64,000 nt of DNA, from contig NC_135881.1 of NCBI RefSeq assembly GCF_964194155.1, positions 202,554,001 through 202,618,000 of the forward strand, given 5' to 3'. Positions within the stretch are counted from its first letter, which is position 1, and each line of letters begins with the position of its first letter. The position numbers and the translations under genes are program-made. Shown piece by piece: positions 49,228 through 63,032 of the stretch. The notes below the pieces were generated by a model. The model saw only the letters and a list, made by a program, of their open reading frames with translations. It searched no databases and had not been told where the DNA came from. The DNA comes from Cetorhinus maximus (Eukaryota).

Positions 49228-50619
49228 AACCTTTTTTGCATAGCAGTATTCAGCAACAGAGAGGTTAAGACTATTCAGGTCACTGAAGATCATCCTTCTA
49301 GCCACTCATCCAGATGAACACATTTAACAGATTCTTTTTTTTTGGTCATGATGTGATTGACGGTTTTACATAACCAAACTAATTGTTTTTAAACCGCCCC
49401 TCACATATACAAGTTAACATCATTACTTATTTCAGAACTGTGCAATCCAAGTTATACATTTTATGTTCTTGGGTCAAGACTGTATTCACTGACCATTCCT
49501 AGTTACCCTTAGGGTTTCTTCTTCTTGAATAACAAATCATTTTACAACTGAGTGACTTAGCTAGGCTGCTTCACAGAGCACTGAATGTCAACCACATTGT
49601 ATAGGTAAGATCAGGTAAGGGTGGCATGTTCTCTGCCCTTAACGATACAAGTGAACAAGCTGGGTTTCTACAACAATTCTGCAACTTTCTTGCTGCCAAT
49701 CTATAAATTAACAAATTTGGTGAAGTCAGTTTTAATTTGTCATGGTGGAATTTTAACTCATTGACCTGTTCCATAAACAGTGCATGGCCATACCCATTTT
49801 GACACTCATAGTTCCATACTCCTTTGCACTTGGGCAAAGTTGAGTTCTCTGCAGATATACTCAAATGCATGGGCAGAGCTACACTTACTGACTACTACCA
49901 TAATTGTAAAGACCATGTGTTGAATTGTTACACACAGTAGTTTTAATACTTAAGAAGATAGTGTTGCACCAGTTCCAGTTCTAATTTGGTTGGTGAAGCC
50001 CAAGCAGCAAGAAGTTATGGTCACTTGCCAAAATTCAAATGTCCCTCAGATGGGTGATTTCAAGCCCCAGTCATATTTTGCCTTGTTGCATTGATGTTGG
50101 ACAAACACCGCATCACAAGAGAAAAACTACAGTGGAATGGAACCTATGGTCCTCAAGTTCCGTCATGTGCAGCAACTAAATAGAGTTTTGCTACTCTATT
50201 TCATCAGTTTCATAAGTTATAATGGACTGCTTGTGGAGGTTTAATGCAACTCCTGCAAATATTAAGAAATGTAAGACAGGTTGGTTACTTTCTTTAGTTA
50301 CAGAACAATTTAGTTGAGTTCTGTTAATTTAGACAAACAATTTGAGGCTAAGTGTAATTGCTTCTCCAAATACTGCAAGTCTCCTAAACATAAAGCCAAA
50401 CGGAGCCAGCCTAAGGGAGATTCCTGGTGAATTTGTGAATGTTCGGAGGCTGAAGTCGTTGTAGTCCTGCTCTACCGTTTACCCCCTTACGTGTAGCCCC
50501 CAGTTCTGTTGTACAATAATTTAATTCCACAAACAAATGTAGATTCTTCTTTGCTGAGCTTCATACTAATAATTAGTTTGCATAAAGTAAGGTTTCACTT
50601 TACATTAGACACTCCATAC

Positions 50620-50717
50620 CTTTTGGACTATTTGTGACAGCTGTTGAATATCGAGTGAATCTATTTCTTCTCCTGAGAGTGTTTGGGATCCCTTGGAATA
50701 CAAGCCCAAACGGGTGG
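50620..50717 (-). CDS. ATP2C1: ATP2C1 exon
   Basis: (A)[32 protein letters not shown]; 98 nt. Confidence 0.93.
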
Positions 50718-51504
50718 CTGTATACAAATAAAAAATCTTTTATAAAAAGTGAGCTTACATGAAATATCCACTATTATCCAGTGTGAGCATTGTACAAAAT
50801 TAAATGTATATATCCAATATCAAATTATTCCAAATATCTTGTACTCCATCTCAAGACTAAATAAAAAATAAAATTAAAACAGCAACATTTTATATTCATT
50901 TATTATTCAGCTAATTGATAATATTTTGGTCAGTAAATTTATTGAATGATCTTCATCTGCTGTCTAGGAAAATGTTTCAGGGAGATTTTACATTGCTGTT
51001 TCGAATGGCCATGGAAACGGGCTTAATAAAATGGTCAGTCTTTTGCTCGCATCAGTTTAATTTACCATGTTTAACAACCTTTTCAAATTAATTTAATTTT
51101 GTCTTAATTCTCTGAACTTTAAAGTACAGGAACATGAAAACATCCTTTGTTTACTAACTTAATTGATTGCCTGCACTATTACCTGCACATATCTTCGGCA
51201 AGCTCAACTGGCTTCCTTAAATCCCTTCTCAGCTTCAATTCATGCTTCTCCAGACTTGAGTCTCTCAAAGTACCCGAGTTACTTTGCATTTTCTATTTTA
51301 TCATCGGAGACCATGCCTTCAATCACTACTCATCTGCCTTCTGGAATTATTTTCCAAAATCTCCTTAAACGGATCACCTCAATCCCTACTGCTATGGGCA
51401 GGGGAGCGGGGCAAACTGAACTCCTTAAGTTTTCTCACCATCTGTCTGTAAGCAGAGGTGTTTTAATTTTTGAAATAGGCTGTGAAGTTTTTTCCCAAGC
51501 CTTC

Positions 51505-52648
51505 TGTTTATGAAATCAATGTTAAATTGATTCGCAGCAAACTCTCTTTAGGGTTAAATCAGAAGTATTATTTATTCATACATTCAAACCCAGGGGATGG
51601 TCGTCACAATTACTTATACACACACAAACACACAAGGAGGAGATAGGAAAGAAAAATTTTACAACTAGGAATAACTTAAAATATATTGGATATTAATTCA
51701 CGTGAGTATCAGAGTCCAGAATGTCAGAGTCCATTGAGGGTTCTTTCATGTAGGAGTTAAAATTCAGGCCGGTTCAGCTAGCTGGAATCAAGAATTGCCA
51801 AATTCCTTCAAAGTTGGTGATGACGCAGCAAGATGAGATTTATATACAGAGCCTTGGTCCAGTCTATAGAAGATGACAGGAATATTCCAGAGAACCGGGC
51901 TTCGAAGAGGTTTGGACTTGAGGCAGGCTTTGCTGTCAGCCTGGAGTCCAGCTTTAGTGTTGACAGGTTGGATATTAACAGCAGACTGTCCTGGGAGTGC
52001 AGGAATGTTACATTAAAACTTTTCAAAGGCCAAAGGAGCTTAGGTCCTTTGGTGTTGCCCATTGATAAGTCAATCAGTTTCTATGTCTCTGGTCAAAATC
52101 CATTGTTCACCTTAGGAAACAGATGATTACGACTAGTACCTCCGTAGGTATAACCAGTTTTGACGGCTATCTCTTTGTTCTAAGTCCAGGCTGGGGAGAC
52201 AGACCGTCTGCTGCTCCTTTGTTTCAGTGATTGTAATGAGTCCACACATTGATAGGTGTGAGTTTCCGTAAGATGTGAGCATTGAGCTTTGTCCTGTAAT
52301 TACTGTCAGAAGTTTCCAGAACTGTAGCCAACTTGCAAATCATGTGGCCTGTAGCAGCCATGTTTTTGGTCCACCAAAGTCCATTTTTAAATAAGCAGAA
52401 AGTCAGGATTGATTTACACAATTTATGATCTCTTTTATGTCTCACAAACATGACGCTACCTTCAAAAGTCTTGTAAACACTCTTCATTTTGATCTCATCA
52501 TTGGCTTCCGCTCCCAATTTCTTTTCCCCTTCTTTCCCCGCCTTCTTAAGTACTAAGAGGGATTTATTTAAAATGGAAACTGTTTGCTCAGGTGCAAGTG
52601 ACACTCAATCAATAGCACTACATGCTAATTCCCACCTTGGTTTATAGA
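51505..52648 (-). mobile_element. Possible long solo LTR
   Basis: Degenerate inverted ends (TATGAAATCAA / TTGGTTTATA), minus-strand AATAAA near 51571 and TATATAAA near 51840; no coding capacity. Confidence 0.35.
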
Positions 52649-52896
52649 GCCAAAGAGGCCTACAACACAGAAAAAGCCCCTTCGACCCATCAAGTCTGTG
52701 CCGGTCAAACAAGTACCTAACTATTCTAATCCCATTTGCCAGCACTAGGCCCAGAGCCTTGTATGCCATGGTATCACAAGTGCACATCCAAATACGTTTT
52801 TCAAAAGTTTGTTTATCTTTGCTTTAGTTTTTATCATAATCTGATCATGATAATTGATCTTGCTAACTGAAAATTTAAATTAATAATGAAGACATT

Positions 52897-53560
52897 ATCC
52901 ATTCATCCATCCATTTTCACACCACTTCTCCTGGTGAGGGTCACGGTAGCAGTAAGTGGAGCAGGACCGACCAGACTTCCCTTTCCTCAGCCACAGATTC
53001 CAGCTCCTCCTGGGGGATTCCCAGGTGTTCCCAGGCCAGCCGAGAGATGTAATCCCTCCAGCGTGTCCTGGGTCAGCCTCGAGGTCTCCACCCAGTGGAC
53101 CGTGCCCGCTATAGCTCCAGCGGGACCCTACCAGGGGTGTTCCTTGTCAGATGCCTGAACCACATCGACTGGCCCCCCTCGATCCGGAGGAGCAGCGACT
53201 CTACTCCGAGGCTCTCCCAGATTGCCGAACTCCTCACCCTGTCCTGGAGAGTATGCCCAGAAATCCTGGGTTCTCTCAGAAAAGAGCAGGTTGCTCTCTC
53301 CAGGTGAGGGGTGAACAGCTTCCCTTAGTGGAGGAGTTCAAGTACTTCAAGATCCTGTTTGTGAGTGAGATTGGCCAGCGGATCAGTGGGGTGGCTGCAG
53401 TTCTGCGGGTGCTCTACCAGTCCATGGCAGTGAAATGGGAGCTGAGTTTTAATGTGAAGCTCTCGGTTTACTGGTTGATACACGACTCCATCCTCACCTA
53501 TGGTCATGAACTGTGGTAATGACTGAAAGGATAAGATTGCGGGTACAAGTGGCGGAAATG
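52897..53560. mobile_element. Rex3/Expander-like RTE LINE with 5' inversion
   Basis: Minus segment 53270-52897 gives HTLQDRVRSSAIWESLGVESLLLRIE and an (ATGG)n tail. Plus segment about 53271-53560 gives EQLPLVEEFKY..LTYGHELW(V)MTERIR..AEM. Degenerate TSD AATGAAGA at 52885 and 53557. Confidence 0.8.
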
Positions 53561-54949
53561 AAGAATGTTACGTGCTTCTAATTTCCTGATTTGCTGCCTG
53601 TGAGAATACTTCAATCTGATTGGCGGCTGACCTGCTTGCTGGCATCAATACTGCTGCACACCTGGAGATCCCCTTAACTTGTTGATCCAAGTCTCAACCC
53701 ATCAAGTAGCCCCTTAGCCTAATATTTACTTAATCCTTAGCTGGGTTAAACTGGATTTTTCATGCATGATAATGTATCAACAGAATGTGTAACTTATCCA
53801 TTGGAACTCCTACATTTTTGAAGTTAAACTAAAAGGGATTCACATCAAATGGCATTTCACTGCATCCTGTCTCTCTGCCCCACCCCTTTGTCACTTTTAA
53901 ATGCAAAGCTGATACCATTGTGTGAAAGTAAACGTCAGAACTCTTGGTACAGAGAGTGATAAACCACTGTAAAATAACCTCCATGTTCTGACAAAAGAAT
54001 GCAGATTACAAGGATGTACACGTTCAGGAAACAGTGACAAAGGAATTTGTAGATCTCAATGTTAAAGTATCCAATTTCTACCACTGGATGGCTCTGTTTG
54101 GAAATCCAGTATACCATCTGTTCCCAAATATCAAATTTGACAGGGGGCGTTGGGGAAACAGGACAAAACAAAAGGGAAAATGAAACGCTAAATAAAGCAA
54201 AGTGGAAAATAGAAAAAGTAAACAGAAATGTTGAGAATTTTTTAAAATGAGAATAATGGCTGCACAGGTTACAACATTAAAGCAAGCTGTTGTTACATTA
54301 TGGTGGAAAATACTACTGTGCTTCATACAATACCAGTGAGTGAAGTGGAAGGCTTTTTAAATCATCAAAGGGAGGTAGATTAACTGGGTCCTATAGTATT
54401 AGTTGCATAGTCTCCTGGAATTTGCCTGATTGCATTTAGGGGTTGGACAGAAATTTTCCACAATTTTTTTTACCTAATTTGGTCTAAGGTTCTTTCTCAG
54501 GGGATTGCATGACCACAGAGGGTGGGGTTGATGTCCTTCCTATATGTTCAAATCGCAAATATTTCTCATTACATGGACATATAATATTTTATTTAAAAAT
54601 ATGCAGTGGGGAGCTAACTTATTATTCAACATCAATATTTCTGCCTATATTCGGAATTGTTCCTGTATTCCCCAAGTCAGTTTAAGAGTGAGTAGTAACT
54701 ACCAGGCAGATTCCAGGTTTGATCCACAGTCTGTACAATGTTAGCTGATTTGAGACAGAATAGCAGTACAGGCAAAAAACTGGCCTAACTCACTCTTGGT
54801 TAGAGAGGAAAAAATTGGGCTAGTTGCTTTCCCCCCCCCGCAAGGCTCAGGGGTACTGAGGCTAATTCAAGCACATAAATGCTGCCGTGTCTGCGATTAA
54901 CTAATTCAGCACAAATAAGGAATGAAACCAGTTTGATTCTGGGCTTGGT

Positions 54950-56235
54950 TTTGTTTTTTATTCATTCATGGGATGTGGGTGTTGCTGGCTAGGCCAGCAT
55001 TTATTGCCCATCACTAACTGCCCTTGAGAAGGTGTGGTGAGCTACAGTCCATGTGGTGTAGGTACCCAGTGTGCTGTTAGGGAGGGAGTTCTGGGATTTT
55101 GACTCAGTGACAGTGAAGGAAAGGCAATACATTTCCAAGCCATGAAGGTGTGTGGCTTTGAGAGGAACATCCAGGTGGTGGTGTTCCCATGTGTATGCTG
55201 CCCTTGTTCTTCTAGGTGGTCGTGGGTTTAGAAGGTGCTGTCTAAGCCTTGGTGAGTTCCTGCACAGCATCTTGTAAATGGTACACACTGCTGCCAATGT
55301 GCGCCAGTCATGGAGAGAGTGAATGTTTGTGGATGGGATGCCAATCAAGCAGAGATAAAAACAAAAAGCTACTGCGGATGCTGGAAATCCAAAACAAAAA
55401 CAGAATTACCTGGAAAAACTCAGTAGGTCTGGCAGCATCGGTGGAGAAGAAAAGAGTTGACGTTTCGAGTCCAACATGATCCTTCCACAGAACTGAAGTA
55501 TAGTTAGGAGAGGGGTGAAATATAAACTGAGTACTGCTTGATAACACTGTTCATGACCCCTTCCATCACTTTACTGGTGATCAAGAGTAGTCTGACGGGG
55601 CAGTAATTGGCGGGGTTGGATTTGTCCTGATTTTTGTGGACAGGACATACCTGGGGAATTTTCCATATTGCTGGCTAGATGCCAGTGTTTTACCTGTACT
55701 GGAACAGCTTGGCTAGGGACACAGCATGTTCTGGAGCACAAGTCTTCAGTACTATTGCTGGAATATTGTCAGAGCCCATAGCCTTCCAGTGCCTTCAGCC
55801 ATTTCCTGTTATCACGTGGAGTGAATCGAAGTGGCTGAAGGCTGCCACCTGTGATGCTGGGAACCTCCGGAGGAGACCAAGATGGATCATCCACTCGGCA
55901 CTTCTGGTTGAAGATTGTTGCAAATGTTTCAGCCTTATCTTTTGCACTGGTATGCTGGGCTTCCTCCATCACTGAGGATGGGGATATCTGTGGAGTGTCC
56001 TCCCCCAGCAAATTGTTTAATTGTCCACCATCATCCACGACTGGATGTGGCAGGATTGCAGAGCTTAGATCTGACCTGTTGGCTGTGGAGTCGCTTAGCT
56101 CTGTCTATCGCTTGCTGCTTATGCTGTTTGGTATGCAAGTAGTCCTGTGTTGTAGCTTCACTAGGTTGACACCTCATTTTTAGGTATGCCTGGTGCTGCT
56201 CCTGGCATGCCCTTCCGCGCTCTTCATTGTGCTGC
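54950..56235 (-). mobile_element. CR1-group LINE fragments interrupted by a Penelope terminus (about 55355-55530)
   Basis: ORFs SAKDKAETFATIFNQKCRVDDPS and NIHSLH..TLAAVCTIYKM; Penelope terminus ctggaaaaactcagtaggtctggcagcatc. Confidence 0.7.
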
Positions 56236-56239
56236 TTAG

Positions 56240-56900
56240 AGATACATTGTGTAGAAAGTCTCTCGAGCAACAATCCTGCCACTCTGTTGTAAGCATGTGA
56301 GGCTAGGACTGCGTACCAGCATCATGCCAACAAGATCAGCCATTTTCACTCGAGCTGTCTTCAGAAGCTTCTGGAAATCAGATGGCAGGACAAAATACCA
56401 GACACTGAGGTGCCCACCCAAGCTGGCATGCCCAAGTATCTACCCCATATTGAGACAGTCACAATTAAGTTGTGGTCATGTAGCCAGAGTGCCTGACACT
56501 CGCGTACAAAAGTGAATCTTGTATGGAGAGCTTGAGACTGGGGTACACTCTCATGGCGGTCAAAGGAAATACTACAAGGACATTCTGAAGGCTTCACTTA
56601 GGAGTTTGGATATAATCTTTGAGTCCTGGGAGAAGCTCGCCTAGGATCACAGCACCTGGCGATAAATAAAAAATAACAGTACGGCTTCCTTTGAAAGCAA
56701 ACGTATATCAGAGGCAAAGAGAAAATGCAAGGAGAGCCAGCAACTCATCCAACTTGATCGCCTGCTGTATCCTGACCTATTTGCATCAGAACCTTCTGGG
56801 TGCAATGTGGCCTTCACAGTCACCCATGTACCCACCAGAACCCTACCAAACATCCTAGATGATGAACAAGATCATCTTCACCTCGAAGGACAAACAAGGT
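56240..56900 (+). mobile_element. RTE (BovB-like) LINE 3' fragment
   Basis: WQDKIPDTEV..CPSI..LRQSQL..GHVARVPD remnants. Confidence 0.65.
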
Positions 56901-57255
56901 TTTAGTGCCTCTACCCACCAGCCCACCAGGGAAGCCTAAACTTACCTTAAAAAAAAGTTTGCATACATACAAGTGAGAACACAAAAGAATAGTGTGGAAA
57001 CCCATTTCCGTACTGTTTCCTGATTAAATTAATTCAGACTAACAATTTGCATGATAACCCAAGGAAAATGTGTTATCTGCAGGAAAAGTCAGATTGGGGT
57101 ATAACAATGCTAATAATATTTGACAATGTGGACGAAATAGGAAATTAATAGAGACATGTTAAAACAGAAAACATAATCATTGTGTTAAAGTGCATCTTTC
57201 AGAACACTACCTCCCAGCTATAATTTTTGGTACCAACATTGAACCATTAGATTAC

Positions 57256-57426
57256 CTATAGCAACTGCTGTCTCTTGTGAATCTCCAGTGACCATTTTGA
57301 TTACAACTCCTGTGTTGATCAGTGTAGCAACTGCTTCTTTTACACCTGACTTCGGTGGATCGATCATTCCCACCAGCCCCAGGAACGTGAGTTGTCCAAG
57401 TTCAGGTCCAGATGCTAAAGCAAGAA
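57256..57426 (-). CDS. ATP2C1: ATP2C1 exon
   Basis: (V)[56 protein letters not shown]; 171 nt. Confidence 0.96.
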
Positions 57427-58339
57427 CTGGATGGAGAGAATGCCAAACACAATTTGCTAGTTGCAACATTTCTACATAGATTGTCATGACAGATTTATGC
57501 ATCATCGCTGAATAAAAATGATTCTCTCAAATGTAAACGAGCTTGCACCAATTGTATATCCGCTAAGTGACATGCTATAGATTACATCAATTCTTATAAT
57601 ATTGTCCCTTCTTGCCAGAGTAACAGCATGAGTGCTTTTACCACAAAAGTAATTTTGTTTGCATTCCTGGCAAATGATACAAGATGCAACTTCAGACTGT
57701 TCAGGTTTCCTCCATCAGTGAAAACCCATTATTACAGACACATACATTTATCATTTCAAGAATTCTGAATACTAAGTAGTTAGGTATGATTTCTTACTAT
57801 GCATTTCCTACATCAACATTATTTAGAACTGTTCTAAATGCTGTGCAATTCTTAAATAAATGATCTCATCACATCAGATGTAATTATTAAAAACATTACT
57901 AATAGATTATTTGCAACAATGTACTTTTTCAAAAGTCAACTTCTTCACTTGCTGATTTATTTCCCCTTCCCTCTCCCTAAAATGTTATCGCCTTGCTGGA
58001 GTACAGTTCCACAAGCATCTGATCATCTTTTGGCATGCTGTTTGACAGAGCATGCTAGTAGCCTACCCACCTTCAGGGACAACACCTGATAACCACATAT
58101 ACATGCTTCCTGCAGGAATCACTAGATAGACACCAGGATTAAGAAATCACACTGATTTTGCTCTCATTAACTCCGGTGACATGACCAACTTTAGTGCCAT
58201 TTTAGATGCCATAGCTGAGATCAGCTTACTCAGCATAGACCAAGAATCAGCTTGGAACCTTCTTCAACTCATTTACTTTAATTTAGTTATTAGAAATATG
58301 AACATTAAAAAAAAACTTGGCAGCCAGATAAAAACAAAC

Positions 58340-59740
58340 TGCCGTTCATAGCCATTTATGCAGTGCTTTTAAAGTAAAAAAATTGCCCAAGGTGCTTCAA
58401 AGAGGTGTAACAGACAAAAATAGATGTCAAACCAAAAGTGAAGACATTAGGAGTGGTGACAAAAACATTGGTCAAAGAGACTGGCTTAAAGAAGGAGAGA
58501 TTAGTGGAAAGACAGAGGTTTTAGGTTCAGTGAGGGAATTCTAGAGTATGGAGCCTAAATGACTGAAGACATTGCCATCAATCATGTGGCAATGGGAGAG
58601 AGCGTGCACAAGGGGTCAAAGCGGGAAGACATTCTAGAAGGTTGTAGGGCTGAATGAGGTTATAGAGGTAGGGAAGGGAAAGGTCATGAAGGGATTTAAG
58701 CACAAGGATATAATTTTAAACAGGAGAGATCAGTAGCCAATGTAAATCAGCAAGGATAAGAGCAATGGGTGAGTAGGACTTACTGCAGATAGAATACAGG
58801 CAGCAGTATTGAATAGGCTTAAAAGTTGATGTGGTGGGTAGAACAGAAGAAGGGTGGCTGCCAAGGACAGAATTTGAACAGATAAGTCTGGAGGTGAAAG
58901 ATGTGGGTGAGGGTTTCAACAGCAGATGATCTGAGGCAATGACAGAAACGGATGACGTTTTGATGGTGGAACGAGATGGTGTTTGTGATCGAAAAGAAAC
59001 AGGGTTGGAAATTCACCACAGGATCAAATAGGACGTCGAGGTTATGAGGAGTGTAATTCAACCTTCAGCAGTGGCCAGGAAGGGGACAGAGTTGGCAAAG
59101 TTACAGTGCTAGTGGTGGAACTGAAAATGATGGCTTTGATCTTCCCAATGTTTGACTGGAAAAAAACTGCAATTCATTCAAGCCTGATGTCGAATAAGCA
59201 AGCTGAAAACATAGGCAGTGAGTGTGTCAAGGGACATGATGGAGAAGTACAGCCAGGTGTCTTCGGCAGCTTTTTGGAATCTTGAAAGAATGACTTTGAA
59301 TGTTGTTGCCAATAAGCAGCATATAGATGAGGGAGAGGAGGTAACCAAAGATAGATTCCTGGGAGACACAATGTAATGGTGAAGGAGACAGAAAGAGAAG
59401 GCATTGCTGATGATGATGTGGCAACGACTGGATAGGTAACAGTGCATCAAGCGAGAGCAACAGCTGCTGAGAGAGAAACTGGATAAAGAGGCAGGGTCAT
59501 GGCTAGGGCAGAGGTCGGGGGGAGGGTCGGCTTGGTGAGTAAATGAAAGCTGGAAGGCAGGGGAAACAGCAGAGGCAACTAAACAGATGGCCCTAATCAA
59601 AGTGATAAAGAGATCCATGAACTCTTTGCATTCATTGTTAAGGTGAGAGTGCATGGGACACATGAGGAGGGATAGTTGGTAGTGCAGAAAAGCAGTGGCT
59701 TAACTATACTGTTCAAGATGATCCTGGACCAGTAAACGGT
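58340..59740 (-). mobile_element. Old L2-like LINE fragment
   Basis: Purine-rich + strand; minus remnants NLDVLFDP..NFQP..TNTISFH, ETLTHIF, SPIALILADLHWL. Confidence 0.65.
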
Positions 59741-60607
59741 TTTGGCAGAGGGTAATGTATCGAGCCTTTTCATCTCAAACAGAAAAATTGAAATGAATTA
59801 CTGTCCTTAGCCTTCAGAGTTTTGGGGAAAAATACTACAAAATGAGACCACAAACTATTTTAAACGATATTCCAGATCATTGAAGTGCACTTTTGTAAGA
59901 GCTTAGGTTACATAAGAATCAAATCATCAGATCTACACAATGTTTTCAAACATTTTTTGTTTAGTTTTACAAAAGCATTTGTTTCTTAATTCTATTTCGT
60001 TCCTACAACATGGAAATTAGTTCATATATGCTGCTTTGCTCTATTCTATATCTAACAGTGGCTGTGAAAGATTTGGGTCCAATGTTCCATTCTTGACACA
60101 TGTGTTGAATCAGGGACATAAGATATATAGATTTTACCTTGTTTACACTGAACATTAATGAGGCAATTTAAATATGCACTAATAATATGCACAGTTTGTC
60201 TGGAAGCACAATACTTAATGCAACCTGTGCTGATAACAGGACTCAGGTCAGAAGGTGGGGGCAGTCCTATACTTCTTTGGTATTAGATATCATTCTGGGT
60301 ATATGGTTGGTCTCTGACCTTGGCCAAATGGAACATTTGTCTGAAAATGTCTGGTCCTCATTCTGCTTTCCCCACTCCTGCTCGGTAAAATCTCACTCCT
60401 TTGATGTAATGCCAATAGCTTTAAGGGCGTTAGTTACAAGAGATAAATCTGCATTTTTCTACCTTAAAATGCATAAATTGTTTAAGTGTATGGGTGCAAC
60501 AAGAGGCTGAAAAAGAGAGGTCAACACTTGGTTTTCTACATAATTACACGTAACCATATTGCTCTGTGCACAGAAGAATGGTTTCCTACTTTAAACAAAA
60601 GCATTAC

Positions 60608-60764
60608 CTCGGAGTCCAGCAGTGCCCATGTAAGTTTTCTCCTGGTGATACAACTCCTTTTGTTGCTGGGTGAGTGGCAGAGTTTGCGAGTGGCTGTTGT
60701 AGCTTGAGCAAAATTGAATTACATGCTCATAAGCCCCTTTCATAAAATAAATCTCCTCTTTATC
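60608..60764 (-). CDS. ATP2C1: ATP2C1 exon (N-domain KGA motif); upstream exons lie right of the window
   Basis: [52 protein letters not shown]; 157 nt. Confidence 0.94.
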
Positions 60765-62635
60765 CTGAACAGAAAGAAATTTGTGAATGTACAGCTATCA
60801 TGACAGCTTGCAATTAGTTTCAACAACTTTAAGGTGGTACATGGCATTTTTTTGATTATTACCTAAAAGAAACATCAATTCTCAGTGCCACTATGAGCTA
60901 AACAACCAAACTGACTCAGGCAGGTTTCTTATGCTTGTGTGCTTGCAGCAGTCTTAAAGTAACCTTACTTCAATAGTGTTTTCAAAAATGACTTAATTGA
61001 AAACATTTCCGTTGACATGCCATTTGACATGTACTCGGGTCATGGAACAAGCGCAATACTTTGATCAATATGTAAATCCTAAAAACGGGGAACACATCCC
61101 CAGCCCACCCCTTACTTGACCATTGGTTTTTTTTTTATATGGTGGCAGGTTACAAGGCGTGTGTATGTGTTCCTTCCTGGGAGAGGTTGGGCACTTCATT
61201 ATCATACTGAAATCAGGCAATTTGGAGTCTGAAATAAATTTTATACCTGCCGCAGCGTCCCAGAGGTCGAGAAACCAGCCACTAAAGAACTGCTGGCTGA
61301 AGACGACAACTGCTTTTCATTGCACTCCTTGTGGGTCAGGAGGAGCAGAACTACTTCCCCTGGCAATTCAAACAAAGGTTTGGCCTTCCTTTTGCTGCTG
61401 GCAGCCTCTCTTCCCCCCACTTCATGATCGGCAGCCTCCTCCGTTCCAACACCCAAACTTCAACCTGCCCCACAATCGGCATCCTCCCCATGATCAATCT
61501 CCCCTCCGGCCATTTAACCCCAACTTCCAGCCTGTCCCATGATCGACTTGACCCCACTCCCTCCAACCCCCAAACAATGCTAGGGTTCACTACACCCCTC
61601 CTTGTGCCAACCTCACCAAACCCCAATCTCCCACCTGCCTGCGATCAACTTCACCTCACTGCCGCCATGCCCCAATCTTTGATCTGCCCTTGATCAGAAT
61701 TGTCAGGGACCACCCTCAAGGGTCTTTTGCTAATAGTTTTCTTGTCCAGCAGCTGGTCAGCCTGCCAGTGTGGCTGGTTGTGGGCAGGAAATGGAAAATA
61801 GGAATTATAACTAGGTCTTGGCATTAAATTTGAGGCTAAAATCTCCTGATAGTGGTAATTGCAACTTCAATTCCTCTGATTTTACATTAATAGTCTCTGT
61901 TTTCGATTAGCACTGCTGTCAAGGTTTACCTCATACAATTCTGCAATTTGAGATTAAATTGAAACTGTGATAAGTTTCATTAAACCCAGAAAAAGAATGC
62001 AAAATTGGGAGCACCAGAAATAAAGGGAGGAAATGAATACAATTCAGCTTTGGCCATTACAAGCACTGAAAGCTGATCCTTAGCAAAAACTACAGCCCAG
62101 GAAAATTAATTTCTTGTAGTTCTGCCCAAGCTTATTTTATTGCTGAATAATCGGAAATAATTTAATTATACTAAAAGGCCAAATTATAGACTATAACATA
62201 AGTAGATCTACATTGTTATTGGAACAAAGATTTTTTTTAAAAGTCCTGTAGAGTTTTCACTGAGTATAGAATTACATTATGCCAGCAAATGATTTAATTG
62301 ATTGCTTATCCCCTTCCACGGGTAAGGGAGAAACAATGATCCTGGTTTGCAATAAAACAACTGCACTCCAAAACTTAAACCTGCAATATTGAATCTGAAC
62401 AGTATTTACATCATTTCCATTCAATATTTTTTGTATGATCAAATCCTATCACATTCCATTAACACTTTGAAAATTCTTATCACACTGTTGCACCAACAAT
62501 CAAACCACAAACTATGCAGTGTATCGTTAAATACAACACTTAAAAAAAAATCTTTGTCCAATTACTTCATTTCTTAAAGCACAAAGAAACTTTCCTTTGA
62601 CATCAACCAGATGGAGAGTGGGAAATGTTTTTAGG

Positions 62636-63032
62636 TGTCAGCTCAGTGGTAGCAATCATACCATGGAATTACAAAGTTTTGGGTTCAAAACCCACTCTAG
62701 AACTTGAGCACATAATTTTGGCTGGCACTGCTATAGCGAGTGCTGCACTCAGTGGCCATGGCTTTCAGATGAGATGCAAAAGATCCCATGGCACTAAAAG
62801 AAGTAATACAGGGGAGATTTTCTGGTGTCCCGGCACTTATCCTTCAACCAATACGACCAAACAGTTAAAGTAGTCATTATTTCATGGTTGTTTACAGAAC
62901 CTTCTTGTGTGCAAATTGGTTGCTGTTACCCACATTATGACAACCATGACTACACTCCAAAAGTACTTCAATGGCTGTTAAGCACTTGGGAACATGCTGA
63001 GGTTGTGAAAAACGTTATACAAATTTAAGCTT
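62636..63032 (+). mobile_element. DeuSINE (SacSINE1-like), near full length
   Basis: A-box-like gctcagtggtagca, B-box-like ggttcaaa, Deu domain aaagatcccatggcacta..ggggagattttctggtgtcc and tail gactacactccaaaagtacttcaatggctgt. Confidence 0.75.
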
